Source: Bigelowiella natans CCMP2755
Taxonomy: Eukaryota > Protista > Cercozoa
Direction: 5' to 3'
NCBI GenBank assembly: GCA_000320545.1
Contig: ADNK01001328.1
Span: 1-64,000, forward strand
Length of the DNA stretch: 64,000 nt
The notes beneath the pieces were generated by a model. That model saw only the letters and a list, made by a program, of their open reading frames with translations, made no database searches and was not told the DNA's origin. Of this stretch, positions 40,322 through 53,400 are shown piece after piece. The position numbers and the translations under genes are program-made. Each line of letters opens with the position of its first letter. The first letter of the stretch is position 1.

Positions 40322-40626
40322 GACCACTGACCCGTCTATGCAAATTCCGATTTGAGTGGGGCAATCTTCAAATTATTTAAAGGAACGCCTTCAGTGGGTG
40401 GATGATGAGAGGGAGAGTGTGTGTCAACTTAGAACGTGGTTTTGATCAACTTATCCGAAGATCATGTTCTTTTCCAGAACAGTCATCAGTCAGGCAGCCA
40501 CGCAAACGACGGGCAGCATGAGGGTGGGGATGTGGGAGTACCAGCCTCCACGATTCACAAGGAAAAGGAAAAAGATGAAGGAGAATTTACCCAATTTCTT
40601 CTTGTCGTCACCCATTTTTAGGTAAA

Positions 40627-41900
40627 ATGGGATGCCGTTTTTATGGTAGAGAGAGACCCATCACACAACATCATCCATCAAGAAGAAGGAACGAAATGCC
40701 AAATTCATCACCATGCCGTCACTCACATCCTGATATTAAAAATCGGCTTGTATTTGTCGGAAGTATGTCTCATTTTTGTGTCGTTAGGTAGCAAAGCGCA
40801 TGTCGGTCGTTCACTGCCTCACATGCCCTCCTCCTGTGCTGCAGACCAAGAGTAATGCTGCTACGTCCCCTGGCCTTCGATACTGACTAGAGCTCGAAGC
40901 TATGTCCTCGGAGGAGTGGCTTAAGGTAGGGTTGACCGAAAGCGACAGTGATTCTCAAATTATATGTAGTCAAGAGAGACCAGACGAGGCTGCTGGGTCC
41001 ACCCCAACACCCCCTCCCTCGAATCTGAGGGTAATTCTGAGCAGTAGAAAGAACAAAAGATCCGGAAGCCTGAATCTTAAGCCAGATCATGAAGTGAATA
41101 TCGCTATCCTTGGTCCTTCGGGAGTTGGCAAGTCGGCCTTGCTAAATCGATGGATTGATGGCGATTTCAGCAAGAAGTGGGTGTCGACGAACGGCCTGCA
41201 AGGACGGGTTAAGATATTTTTCCTCAAGGTAATAACCAATTTCATAATGAACGGCTGTCAAAGAAGAAGCTATGACTAAGTTCAGCGCATTGTTCATCAT
41301 ACGCAAACATTGTTACAGGGTTTCATAGTAAAAGCGAATGTGCTGGATGCCAGTGGTCAAAAGAGGCACAGAGCAATCGTAGAGGAACAGCTTAGCAATC
41401 AGCACGGGTGTATTATATGTTTCTCAGCGGCGAAAGAGAGTAGCAACAGCTTAGAGGAAGCAAAGGAATGGGTCGATAAAGTTCGTACTTCGAATCCGTC
41501 TTGTAATTTGGTACTAGTAGTCCGAAACATCCCCATTTTTTACACGGTTTCGTCACGCACAGCAACAATGTATTTTATTGCACTCAGGCGCTCATCGAAT
41601 GTCAAACAGATAAATATCCAGCGAACTCTGAAATTACAGTTGAAGCCACAACATTTGCAGCAAAAAGGAAAATGGAATTCTATTCGACTAGTGCAGCAAA
41701 ATCAGGGTTACTTCTTAAGCACTATTAGAATTTTTAAGAGAACGTCCCCTCCTACTTTGAGGTCAACTCTGTGTATCTATGTATGATATACAGAGACGTG
41801 GTCGAAGAATCATTCACTAAATTTATAGAAAACATCTTGATCTCTAAACGAGGATCGAGCAACATCTTCACCATTGCTGGGGAGCGGAAGGTTCATACAT

Positions 41901-41935
<35 letters not shown>

Positions 41936-44162
41936 TTAAGTCGTCGTCGTCGTCACAACCGCCACTATTGTCAGTAACACCATCATAACCATTACCACCC
42001 CGAGCCTGATCATCCGACGTGTCAGAGAAACTGCAATTAAGCAGTATTCATGTAAAAGAAAATCAATTTGTTTTCGTAGCAGGATAGTATGGTTAAGACG
42101 AAGCAGAAACATGAGGGGGAGGGGGAGGGGGATGGATCGAATAGCAGGTTCTCACCAGGACAGGTACAAAGCTACCTATCTAGGAGAAGATCTTTCAAGC
42201 AGCACTACTGGCAGCAGGAAATACTGAACAATAATTGTTTTAAAGATAGTTGAATGTTTCCGCAAGAAGTATGGTGGCTGGGTGGACACAAAAGTGCTGG
42301 CAATCCGATCAGATGGTTCGTTAGATCTCGGAATTGGTGATAACGTGCATCCTTCAAGGTGCTACCTAATACTACTATCACTACTACTGATAATATTAGT
42401 AGTAGTAGTTGTAGTTGTAGTAGTAGTAGTAGTAGATGCATATTGGGTATTATTCTATAGTCATGTATTTTGTCATGGGTGAGGGTTGACGCGCTGGTAA
42501 TCCCAGCAATGGACGAGGGGGAGGAAAAGACACACATAGATGATTCCTTGTGCTCTCACAACAGCACTCTGTCTGTACCACGGATAAATCACACTTTCGA
42601 TGACGTTTTCCCAGCACCATTGAAATTCATCACCTATAAACGTTATGAACCTGTTGTAGCAACGTTGCACAGGCAGAAACAAAAAATGCAAAGACGATAA
42701 TGGGTTGTTTCGGTGGTGTTGTGACTCACTCACTCACTCACTGTGCATTAGTGTCCGGATAATAGACATGGATGAGCGGTCACGAAGAGACGTCTGGGAT
42801 GCAGGCACACCTGTTGAGGTATACTCCGATCGAGACCAGAAATGGATACCGACGGTCATCATAGGGACAGAGAAAACCGAGGTAATACGCACATACGCAC
42901 AGAGTGCGAAGCTTATTTCAGTTTGTTGAAAAAGAAGAATATTAAGAAGGAGAAGAAGAAGAAGAAGAAGAAGAAGAAGAAGAAGAAGAAGAAGAAGACA
43001 ACATTCATATTGAAAAGGTAGATTCTGACGACGATAATATCGTCCTCCTTGCCTCATTGGTTTCAGAATCTCAATTGGCTAATCACAGAGCTGAAGCCAG
43101 TTCTCCGTTATGACACGGAGATGGTAAGAGCTGCCGATACTGTTGGTTCCAAAATGAAAAGCTCAAACTTAATCAGCAGTAGCAGCAGCAGCAGAATCAG
43201 TGCCAGCAGAGGTATCTTACATGGTATAAAAGAAGAAACAGAAGAAGAAGAAGAGCAAGAGGAACAGGTGCTCGAGCCACAAGCACGTTCTTGTTCAATC
43301 GGAAAACAGGGCGCGACACCACGAAGGGAAAGCAAGACAACGATGGAGGAAGAGCACTCTATTGCGGCTCATAGAACTTCTAAACAACAGGTGAGAACGC
43401 GTGCAGGGGTACCAACAACATCCAACAGCCAAGGCAAACAGGTAGAAAAAATGTTGTTATATATGTGATTATATGTGTGTGCTTCAAGGGACTAACCACA
43501 GACATCATCCCTGTATCGTGAAGGAGTTAAAGACGGAGTTCGCCATCTCCGAGCAGGTTCTGTATCATTCCACCAGCGCTCAGACTTGGATCCATGCGAC
43601 AGTAGAATCCTGCAATAGAGATGGAACAGTCAATCTAGATATAAAGCCGAATGCTGCCGCTTCGAAAATAATGCGGTATCCAGACGAGGAGAAAATAGAT
43701 CTCGGCGAATTGCAAGCCTTGAAGGTTCAATTTTCAACAAAGTAAACCATATTTTTCTCAAATAACTCCACAATTTTTTGTTTAGAGAGATTTAGGTCGC
43801 TTAAACAAAGAGCTTTTAGAAACCCAATCGGAGCACAAAGCCTTGTTGATTCATGCGGAAGAAACTAAAAAGGATTTGACAAGGTAGTAAGCTTACAATC
43901 ATTATCTGAAGCATGGTAAAATTTTCCACATTCTGTTTTCAAAGTCGCATGAAAACCCTTGAAAACGAGCTGCGGTTGGCAAGGCAGAAGGTAAATCGAA
44001 ATATAATAATTGCTTTACAGGTGTTAAATTCTCATGCAAAAATGTTGTACCTATCACGCTTCCAACCACCGAGAACATAATGTACATATATTCGTATGCT
44101 ACGCACATAAACAGAATAGCCAGCTAAAGATACAGAACCGGAGGCTAAAGTTTCGATTATAG
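40627..44162 (+). CDS. Divergent Rab/Ras-like GTPase with putative N-terminal MGC acylation site, three C-terminal small beta-barrel repeats and a coiled coil
   Basis: G1 GPSGVGKS, G2 Thr (WVST), G3 DASGQ, G5 TSAA; G4 position reads LVLV|ALIE. Repeats such as FAISEQVLYHSTSAQTWIHATVESCNRDGTVNLDIK and WDAGTPVEVYSDRDQKWIPTVI; last exon NSQLKIQNRRLKFRL*. Confidence 0.78.
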
Positions 44163-44269
44163 CACAGTTAGTGAGGTGATATTGGAAGGCGAGCCATGAC
44201 CATATTCTCTTTGTGCAAGCGATGATTATGCCAAAAAATTACAGGTAATAAAGTTATTTGCCTCATGCG

Positions 44270-45070
44270 GGGCAATACATACAGCAGTAGCTGCATCGAC
44301 TACTTGATATGCGATGCATGGTGCATATAAGCCTGCATGCAAAACATTACGGAACGCATTGCTATGTATACATATATATGTACACATAAAATATTCAGGG
44401 CATCAACGCCACCCCCTGGCTAGCTGGGCATTGACCGCGCAGTCAATGCCCTGCGGGAAATGACTTCATTCAAGTACAAGTTCCCACCGTCTACGTTTGT
44501 GCGGTTGGATTGGTGCCTGTTGTCCTTCCCCGGGAAAAGTGTGAAGCCATGACGCGCTCACGCTTGCATGCAGGCGAAATGATGTGATGTGTCCAAATTC
44601 TGAGCTGCGTGATCTAGCTAGCTAGTGATGATGCGCTGATCACATGTGTGCAGATCTAGCGATGTCCCAACAGATGCCCCATCATAGCACATGAAATGAG
44701 AGACAAAGAGGAGCCACCCCTGCTAGCCTGGCTCATCTTTCGATTCTAGCTTTCTAGCTTTGCTTAGACAACCGTTGACGCGACAGCTTGAATTCGCAAA
44801 CTACCATTAGATCATAATGACTAGATGAAGCAATGTCTTGCACGCACATCACATGCGTTGCCTCTTGCACGCTAGCACGCGTCGTCTTCATCATTCACAT
44901 CAGGCAGCTCTCTAAAATGTAGCATCGCTCGCTTGGCTGCGCATCTCGCTCTGCAAGCACCCACACTAGCGCACCGTTTCATTCAAATTGTCCTCTTCAT
45001 CATGACACAAAGATAACCAACGAAACAACGTAACGATAAATGTGTGGACGCGCTCTCTAGCTAGCTAGGG
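44270..45070. other. Palindromic-word-rich tract at convergent junction 5 (GTPase / KDM4-like)
   Basis: CTAGCTAGCTAG (twice), GCATGC, CACATGTG, AGATCT, ACGCGT; non-coding. Confidence 0.7.
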
Positions 45071-45236
45071 TGATGTCAATTGGCGGGAAAATGTGTTAAT
45101 AAATGTTGCCGTTATAGACCTACGCTTTGTTGGCTGGATAAATTCGTTAACAAAACGTTTAATAAATTAAAACGTAAAGCGCTAAATTTTTCATTCTGAT
45201 GGTGTCGGGACACAATATTCGCATTAGGTATTGAAT

Positions 45237-46942
45237 TCAACGTGCCATTTCGTTCCGAATGTAGTCGCAAAGACGTACTCGAGGTCGGATGGGCAAAATT
45301 TCCATTAATTCTTCCTCATCCATACTCAATAGCTCTTCCAGCCTTATATTCTTGCGGATGATCTAATGCCACAACGCAGTAATAAGATTGGGAAGTTGAT
45401 GGCATCTTTAGTATTATTTCACCTTATCTGCGTAATGAAGAGCTATCCCGAGCTTATTGAAGAGCTGGTATATTGTATATTCTTGTTACAAAATTATGGT
45501 AATAAAGCAAACTACTAGTTCTTTATATGAACATAGATGTCATAACCAGCTTACTGGTGACCTTTCTGATCTCGTGCTTCATATTTACAGGGCGTTTACT
45601 TGGACGGGTATCTTGCTTTAGAGCTCGCTTCTTCCCTACACTACTAGAACCCTGACTGCTATCCGACGGCTGCACTTCGTACCTCGTTAGTGTCAAGTCT
45701 ATCACGTCGTAGTCATCGTCATCCTCAAACAAACCATCTTCATGTTCGTTTTCTCTTTCCTTCTTCGGTTCATTATTGTCCTCCTCAAAATCATCATCAT
45801 CATCGACAAATTTTAGCTCATCGGGAGATGTTGACGTGGACGCCTTTTCACTCGATGAATCATTCTCTCCAGATTCTTTCTCCTCCTTCTTGGCCTCATT
45901 TTGCATCTGCTCTTTCGCAACCTTTTTTGCCACCTACAACTCAAAAGTCAATCATTGCTATCCGTCCTTTTTTTCATAAGAAGTACTACTTTCATCTGCT
46001 TGGCGTTTGGCCTGTAGCCGCAAACGGTGCAACGTTTGTGGGTTCGATTGTTTCGAAACGTGCAAAGCGGGCAACTCCATGGAACCACACCCTTTCTTGC
46101 CTGGCAAATATGTCAAGAAGTCAGGGTATGTAATCTACTGTGCGCTGTCACTGCTGTTGAATGATTTACAATACCTTCATTGATTTTTTCCGATTGTCTT
46201 CTGCTTTTTGCGCTGTTTTCACATAAGGGTGATCCTCCGAGATAATCTGTTATATATAGGCATAAAGAAATAGTCAATAGGAAGATTTATGATCGATGTA
46301 GTTTTAATCTCACGAACCTTCCTTTTCGTCATCTTCTTCACGAAATCGATCATATCGATTCTAACACTATCGGTCACACAACGGCAAAACTTCGCTCCAC
46401 ATCCTTCAGGCACCCAACTGCAATATGATATAAGAATCGTTGTCAATAATGATTACTAACCAAATCCATATTTTGATTCATGCCTGAGAAGTGCAAAATT
46501 GACGGACTCGGCACAATTAAATCCATAGTTGAATCCTAAGTTGTTTGACACAAGCTTTTGAAAAAAAGAGTGACAATGCTGAATTTATTGCACACCTGCG
46601 TGAAAGGACTTGGGGAAAGTGATCATGAACTCGCCCTCATGTTGTACTGCTCGATAAACCTTATTTTATTATTGGGCTTAGTGAAATAGAAGCTCTTTAT
46701 AAGACAAGGGGGTTACAAATGCTTGTTGTTTCATACCGGTATCCCGGCACTTTCGAGGAGTTTAGGGCTCACTACACATTTCTTGTGTCTCAAAAATTCC
46801 GCACACTGTCTCGCCTGATGCGGATAAAGCCCTTTGAGGACTCGCTCCGTCTGCTCGAAGTGGCTCCCTGGGATCCCATACCTTATACCAAACACAGAAA
46901 GAAAATATTATGAGTTCACCCTGAATACAAAAGATGAACTAC

Positions 46943-46998
<56 letters not shown>

Positions 46999-48240
46999 GA
47001 GAGAGAATTACCATTGTTTCGGCTTCCCAAAATGAAGGTAATTTATGGAAAATAAATTCATGTCCTGAAACAGATTTCCATAAAATAAGTTAGTTGGGAG
47101 AACGACGACCTCATAACCATACTATTCACAAGAATTTGATTAAATACCTCTACATGCCAAGAAAATGTAGATTGCCACATACCGAAATATAGCATCGGTA
47201 GGGTGACCTGAGATGGAGAGACACCAATTATACATGATGGACAACTTGCACTGGGTTATGAAAAAATGTCGACTAGCACAGTACCCCGGGTAAATCGTTC
47301 CGGATGAGATTCAGGATAGTTCCAAGCTGAATATTTTTGAAATTGGGGATTAGAAGAGGGAAAGTGGGTATCTAAAAATGTTGCGAAGGCTTACGTCGTT
47401 GCAGTTCCATGATTCCTGGTCCTTGTCGAAAAGGCTCCTATTTTTTCCGGTACACACAGACCTCAGGAAGTAAATCAATTTAAGCGTTAAATTAGTACCC
47501 TGGGCTATCTGCGCCATAGAGCGGGGGACTGCGATGTGAAATATTACTCCAGTATGCCTGCATATCGTCGAATAGGTTATCATTGAGAATGAGTTGGAAA
47601 CGAAACCGAGACAATTAAGTTTGGACCCTTTCCAGTTGTTTGAAATCGCGGTCCTGGAAGTATTTTCGTTCTCTTCTTGAGCAAGAATTCAACCTCTTAT
47701 CGCATTCATTGGAGAATCCATGAACAGTCATGTAATCTGTCTCCATTATAGAGATTACCTGCAAAACCCAACGTATTCACAACATAGTTCCCACTTCGTG
47801 AAAATCTTAACTAACCTCATAGACACCACGACTCCCATTTACGTGTTGCCGGACGGGACTGTGAATAATTGCAGGATCTTCCAACTTTGTGCTACTTCGT
47901 GTCTAAGTTTTGCAATTACATTGCTGAAGTGTGGCACCATCGCAAACGAAGTTACGAATATTGTCGACCTACTACCTTATTCTCGTTGCGTGATTTCCCG
48001 ACGTATCCCAGCCTGTCAAAGTGATATCCAGCAGCTCGGGGAATGAATTCTTTCGGAGGAATGATTTTCACAAGGCCGAACTTCTTCCCTTCGTCCTCGA
48101 TGCTCTCCACATACTTACTGAAGTTCTGTAAACAAGCGTGTGACGAACTCGGAATATTATGTATTCACAAAATAGACCTTGAATTCCTCCCACGTAGGCC
48201 GAAATACCGGAATAGAGCACAAAGGATCTTCCTTGGTCAT
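45237..48240 (-). CDS. KDM4: JmjN/JmjC histone demethylase of the KDM4/JMJD2 (Rph1-like) group with C-terminal SAM-like domain; start may extend to ~48530
   Basis: JmjN IPVFRPTWEEFK|NFSKYVESIE...GLVKIIPPKEF. JmjC YWSNI...PPLYGAD, PMLYFGMWQSTFSWHVE|DMNLFSINYLHFGKPKQW, EFLRHK, GEFMITFPKSFHA|GFNYGFNCAESVNFA, CRC...VRIDM. Confidence 0.95.
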
Positions 48241-48624
48241 ATTTGATCGGATTCCCAGCGAGCTGTGGCGAGTTATCGAGCGAAATGTTTTGGAGTAATG
48301 GCGGGCTGTGTTGAAAGATGGTACGTTTGCTTAGAATGCAGATGTGCATGTAGTTTGTACTTAATTCAGATCAAATTGAGAGAAAAAAAATCAATACCCA
48401 CACGCAAAATCACGCGCACTTTTCGCATAATTCAAGCAGGAAGCATCTACATGTCAAATTACGGCCGCAGTCTCCGACCTCGGGTTTGGTGACTGATCTT
48501 GAGAATTTGATTTAATCTTATGAAGTCGCACATATGAAATGTCCTGTGTTTAATGTCAGACAGAGTAGTACAGAACAGAACCCCACCTACCTCGTGGAAA
48601 AGCACTGGACTGTGAGAATTGACA

Positions 48625-49068
48625 ATGTCCTTCTCGCGACGGGGGGTGGAAATCGAACCCATTGAGGTGATTTTCTTCGTTTGCGTGAATTCGCACAAAT
48701 TATATTTAACCTGGATTTAACAACGTTCAGGAGCCTACGTTTCAGAAGTACGAACGGGCGTTTACTACCGTTCTAAATCGGTTGAAAGCGAAGATAAGCT
48801 CTCTTCGCCGAGCGAGAGATAATGGTATGTGCATTTTCTTCACAGCTTCAGGAAGCTCATCGATTTCTCCGCCGATGTTGCAGACATACAGTATCGACTC
48901 CTTCAGGAAGGATTAGAAGATGTGAAGAATGCAAAGGAATATGTAAGCCTCGATTAGTATTTGCCCTTTGTTAATCATACCATAACTTCAATGCTACACA
49001 GCTAAATACATTGGATAGAGAGATGGCAAGCTGGCATTATCATCAAAAGGTCTATTTAGAGCACAACA

Positions 49069-49112
<44 letters not shown>

Positions 49113-49716
49113 ATACCCATCTGAGAAAAGTCTCCTCATTAGGCAAATTTAGAATCGAGGGCACGCATTAGATTACGATCTCTAAGGAAAAATCTATCTC
49201 AACACCAAGAAGTGTTGAAAAGCTACGCACGTAATTTAGACCCAGATTCCAGCGTTGTCGCGCCGGTGATAACTGAAGCATAGAAAAATTGGGAAATGTC
49301 TCATTTTGTTTTTAATGGACAGGAGGATCGAGATTCAAGACGACGTTTAAATGAGATGTCGGCTATCCAGATGGATAACAGATCAAGCATGGAACGAACC
49401 ATTCGAGAAATTGATGATATGCATTCAAAAGGAACTGAAACGATGGAGATTTTGGGTGGGAATACAGAAGCACTAGTGCGGGCAAAATCCAATGTACTTT
49501 TTTTTAATTATGAATGGTATGTCTTTGTTCATATTCCAATATTTATTTCAGATTGAATTTACGAGCAACATTAACAGCCAGGCAAGAAACGTAGTAAATC
49601 GACTCGCCTACCGTGTTTGGACAGACAAATGCTTGCAATATTCGATTATTGGCGTAGAAATCATAATCATAATTGTGATATTATGCTTTAAGTTCACGAA
49701 TGTTGAACGACACTGA
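48625..49716 (+). CDS. VTI1: VTI1-like Qb-SNARE (Habc domain, SNARE motif, C-terminal TM)
   Basis: MSFSRRGVEIEPIE|EPTFQKYERAF...; SNARE helix KGTETMEILGGNTEALVRAKSN|IEFTSNINSQARNVVNRLAYRVWTDK followed by TM CLQYSIIGVEIIIIIVILCFKF. Confidence 0.8.
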
Positions 49717-49839
49717 TAGATTCACACTGATAGCTTCAAGCCAGCAATTATTATAAGGATATATTTTACAATGTATTAATCCGTCAAGATTGCCTCAAAT
49801 TGTGACCACTTAGCTTATCCAGTTATATTACTGCACCAG

Positions 49840-50340
49840 GAATATTCATGTGCGGTGCATGCATGCAGCAAGCATCATTAGTTGAATAAAATCCCGAGCG
49901 AGCGAGCTACGTTTAGTGCGGATCACTAAATGAAGCAAGCAACAGTAATGTAATGATTTGCAAATGTTGTCTTCATGCACACACATGCATGCATTGCGTA
50001 GCGCTTGCTAGTATAACGTCTCGCATGGATGCGGCAGGTTTTTCAGCTGCCCACAGCATTGTTGTGCTGTTCATGTGTTGTAGCTAGTAGTGCCCTGGCG
50101 CTAGGCGGCTAATAACACAATATCAGTGATGCAGTGCGCATGTAGTCTGGCTACACGTCGTACGTACTGCTCCGTTGTTGTTGCATCATTCATTGTGCAT
50201 AATTCCTTGCTAGCTTGCTGCTAGCTCTAGAGTTGGCTAGCAGCTGCAATCCTCATGGCACTGAGTTGTAGCAATGCTAGTCATGCATTCACAAAATGGC
50301 AGATGATGCGCAGGCATCGTACTTTTAGGTCACGTCGATG
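49840..50340. other. Palindromic-word-rich tract at convergent junction 6 (SNARE / acidic protein)
   Basis: TGCATGCATGCA, AGCGCT, TAGCTAG, CGTACGTAC, GCTAGC repeated; non-coding. Confidence 0.7.
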
Positions 50341-50496
50341 AGACGACGATGCCGAAAAACATGGTGTGGATTTACCCAACAACCAAGCATCACAAAGTGT
50401 CATGGCCGTGCTATCTTCGCAGCCTGCGGGACTCAACTAGTCAAAGCCATGTGAGCAAGTGCAAAGCATGCCGGCCGGTGTCGGAAATCTATCCAT

Positions 50497-53400
50497 TTAA
50501 GCAGCCCCTGCGCTGCTTAAGTTTCCTGTTGACTTGCGTTTGTTTGTTTTTTGAGAAGCCAGGTATGGACTATTTTTTAGCTTGCCTCCCGCCCGTTTTG
50601 CCAATCCTGATTTTGAAAGCAAAGGAGGAAATTGTCGTCATTAGACTGGCTCTTGAATGTAGTGTTCACTACATCCTTCCGAACCTGAATTCCGGTCCCC
50701 AGCTGCTACAGTCGACTTTCTAATTTTATTTGCATTCCCCTTAGGTGTTTCAGTTTTCTTAGTGCTTGAGAACCTAAATTTCAAATATGAGCAAAAGGAA
50801 GCGAAACATGTGTGTTCGTCATACCTCTTTGTTTTCTTTTTTCGATCAATTGAAGGAAATGATGAACTTCGTGACGCTCTCGAATGAGACGCTATTGTTC
50901 TCATTGAACTTTTTTTCTCTTTCATACCATTTTTCTTCACATTTCTACTTTAAATAAAAGGAGGAACACTTAAAATAACCACACACGCTACATTATGTGG
51001 ATCGGTTTTCTGACTTTCTTTTCGGTATCTTCAGGCTTTTCCTCCGATGTTTGGCAGTTTTGGGGCTCTTCATATTCTCGCGACCTAAAAATTATACCCC
51101 AAACTTCTCAACATTTTGCATCCAAAATTTAAACTACATATCCGTGTTCTTACTTCTTCCAAGAAGCTCTGATATTTTCCTTTCCAGCACTTTCTTGGCC
51201 TCCCTTAACTGATATACTTCTGCTTCCGCCCTACTTCGGGCTTCCTTCTCGCGCTTCAGAGCGTTTTTCTCAATACATAGCTGCCTCTGCACTTCCAAAC
51301 GATTTTTCTTCTCATTCGCAACTTGTTGCATACAATCTTTTTTGATGTCTCTAGCTTCCCTCACCACGTTCTTGTACCTCTCCTGTTCGATAATTCGTTC
51401 ATTTGTAGTTAGAGCGATTGATGCTGGAAAACTCATTTATAGATGAGAAAACCTGCATATCTTTCACGCTTGAAGTCTGTGCCTGTGACCTTCTCTGTCG
51501 TGGACGCTTTCTGCCGAAAAATAAAGTATAATTTTTTCAACAATAAGAACATATTGTGATCAACAACTCCAAATCTCACTTAGGCACTGAAGATTTCTTG
51601 TAGGCTCTACTAAGATCGGCCTTCAATTCCTTTATCCTTTTTTCCTTTTAGTAAATCGGTTCGTGTTAGTCATGACCGAGAACAGGTTCTAAATTCTAAT
51701 TACTTCTTTTCGCTTCTGCTTTGGAGATCTCTTCTGATGTTTCGGAGGGAAATATGGGTTTTCTGCACGAACAGAATTCCTCCTTGACTTTCTCATGCTC
51801 CCTCGCCTTTTTGAAACTGAATTGAATAGCAAGACTATTTTTAGGCTTTAACTTTTACAAAAAAAGAAACTCATACCTTTGGTGTTTACTACGGTGTTTC
51901 GCTTGATCTTTCGTCTATCAGTCTGAGTCTTTATCCGTGCGATTTCTTTCTCTATCTTTCTTCTATACTCGCTAGGCTTTGGGCTATAAATTCCATTTTT
52001 AGACTTGGGCATTTGCTTTTTTTGCTCAGATTTTATAGAATTTTTAATGGCTCGCTCCAAACTCTCTTGTTTTGTTTTGGTTGGGGCAGAAAAATCTGTT
52101 GCTTCGTCTACAACAGGGCTGCAGTCGTACTCGTCATCATCCGCAGAATCGTCGTATGTATCACCCTTCACTTCTTCCTCTTCCCCAATATCCTGTTGAC
52201 CGGACTTTACCCGTGTCTTTTGATCTGTGACCTTGCCCTTTTCTGTATCAGCTTTAGCAGCCTTACTTTTTCCAAACACACTGTTATTACCATCGAAATC
52301 GTCGCTATTACTTATCTTCATCCCTTTTTGTTCTTTCTTCACGCCTGTGGAATCCCCGCCTTCATCAAAATTACTTGCTTGCGTAGTCACCTTTTGTTTT
52401 CCGCTCTCTTCCAATCTTGCAGCGTTATGACCCCCCTCTTCATCATCGTCACCGTAGTCATCGAAGTCATCATCGTCATCACCTTCAGCCTCGCCACTCT
52501 TCTTCTCTTCTGGCTTCTTCGTCTCTTCTTCCTTCTTTTTCTCCTCCTTCTCATCTTCGTCGCCATAGTCATCGAAGTCATCATCGTCATCACCTGCTAC
52601 ATGATTTTTCTTCTCTTCTTCTTTCTTCGCCCCTGCCTCCTCCTCCTCATCATCACCGTAATCATCGAGGTCGTCATCGTCATCACCTGCAGTATGATCA
52701 CTTTTCTTCTCTTCTTGCTTCTTCGTCTCTTCTTCTTTTTTCTTTTCCTCCTCCTCTTCGTCATCGCCGTAATCATCGAAGTCATCATTGCCATCTGCTA
52801 CAGCCTCTTCACTTTTCTTCTCTTCTTTCTTTTCCTCCCCCTCCTCTCCGTCAGCATCAAAAGCATCGAACTCACCATCGCCACCTGCAGCTTCATCACT
52901 CTTCTTCTCTTCTTGCTTCTTGGCTTCTTCTTCTTCTTTTTCCTTCTTCTTCTTCTCCTCCTCCTCTTCATCTTCGCCAAAAGCATCGAAGTCATCATCG
53001 TCGTTATCCACAGCTTCATCACTCTTCTTCTCTTCTTGCTTCTTGTTCTCTTCTTCTTTTTTCTTTTCCTCTCCCTCTCCATCTTCGCCAAAAGCATCGA
53101 AGTCATCATCGGCATCAGCTGCAGCTTCATCACTCTTCTTCTCTTCTACTTTCTTCTCCTCCTCCTCTTCATCTTCGCCAAAAGCATCGAAGTCATCATC
53201 GTCGTTATCCACAGCTTCATCACTCTTCTTCTCTTCTTGCTTCTTGTTCTCTTCTTCTTTTTTCTTTTCCTCTCCCTCTCCATCTTCGCCAAAAGCATCG
53301 AAGTCATCATCGGCATCAGCTGCAGCTTCATCACTCTTCTTCTCTTCTACTTTCTTCTCCTCCTCCTCTTCATCTTCGCCAAAAGCATCGAAGTCATCAT

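Noticed and set aside
50497-50520. Perfect 9-bp hairpin TTAAGCAGC-N6-GCTGCTTAA over the stop codon of the acidic gene
   Set aside because: Single short instance with no counterpart at other stops; compatible with chance.
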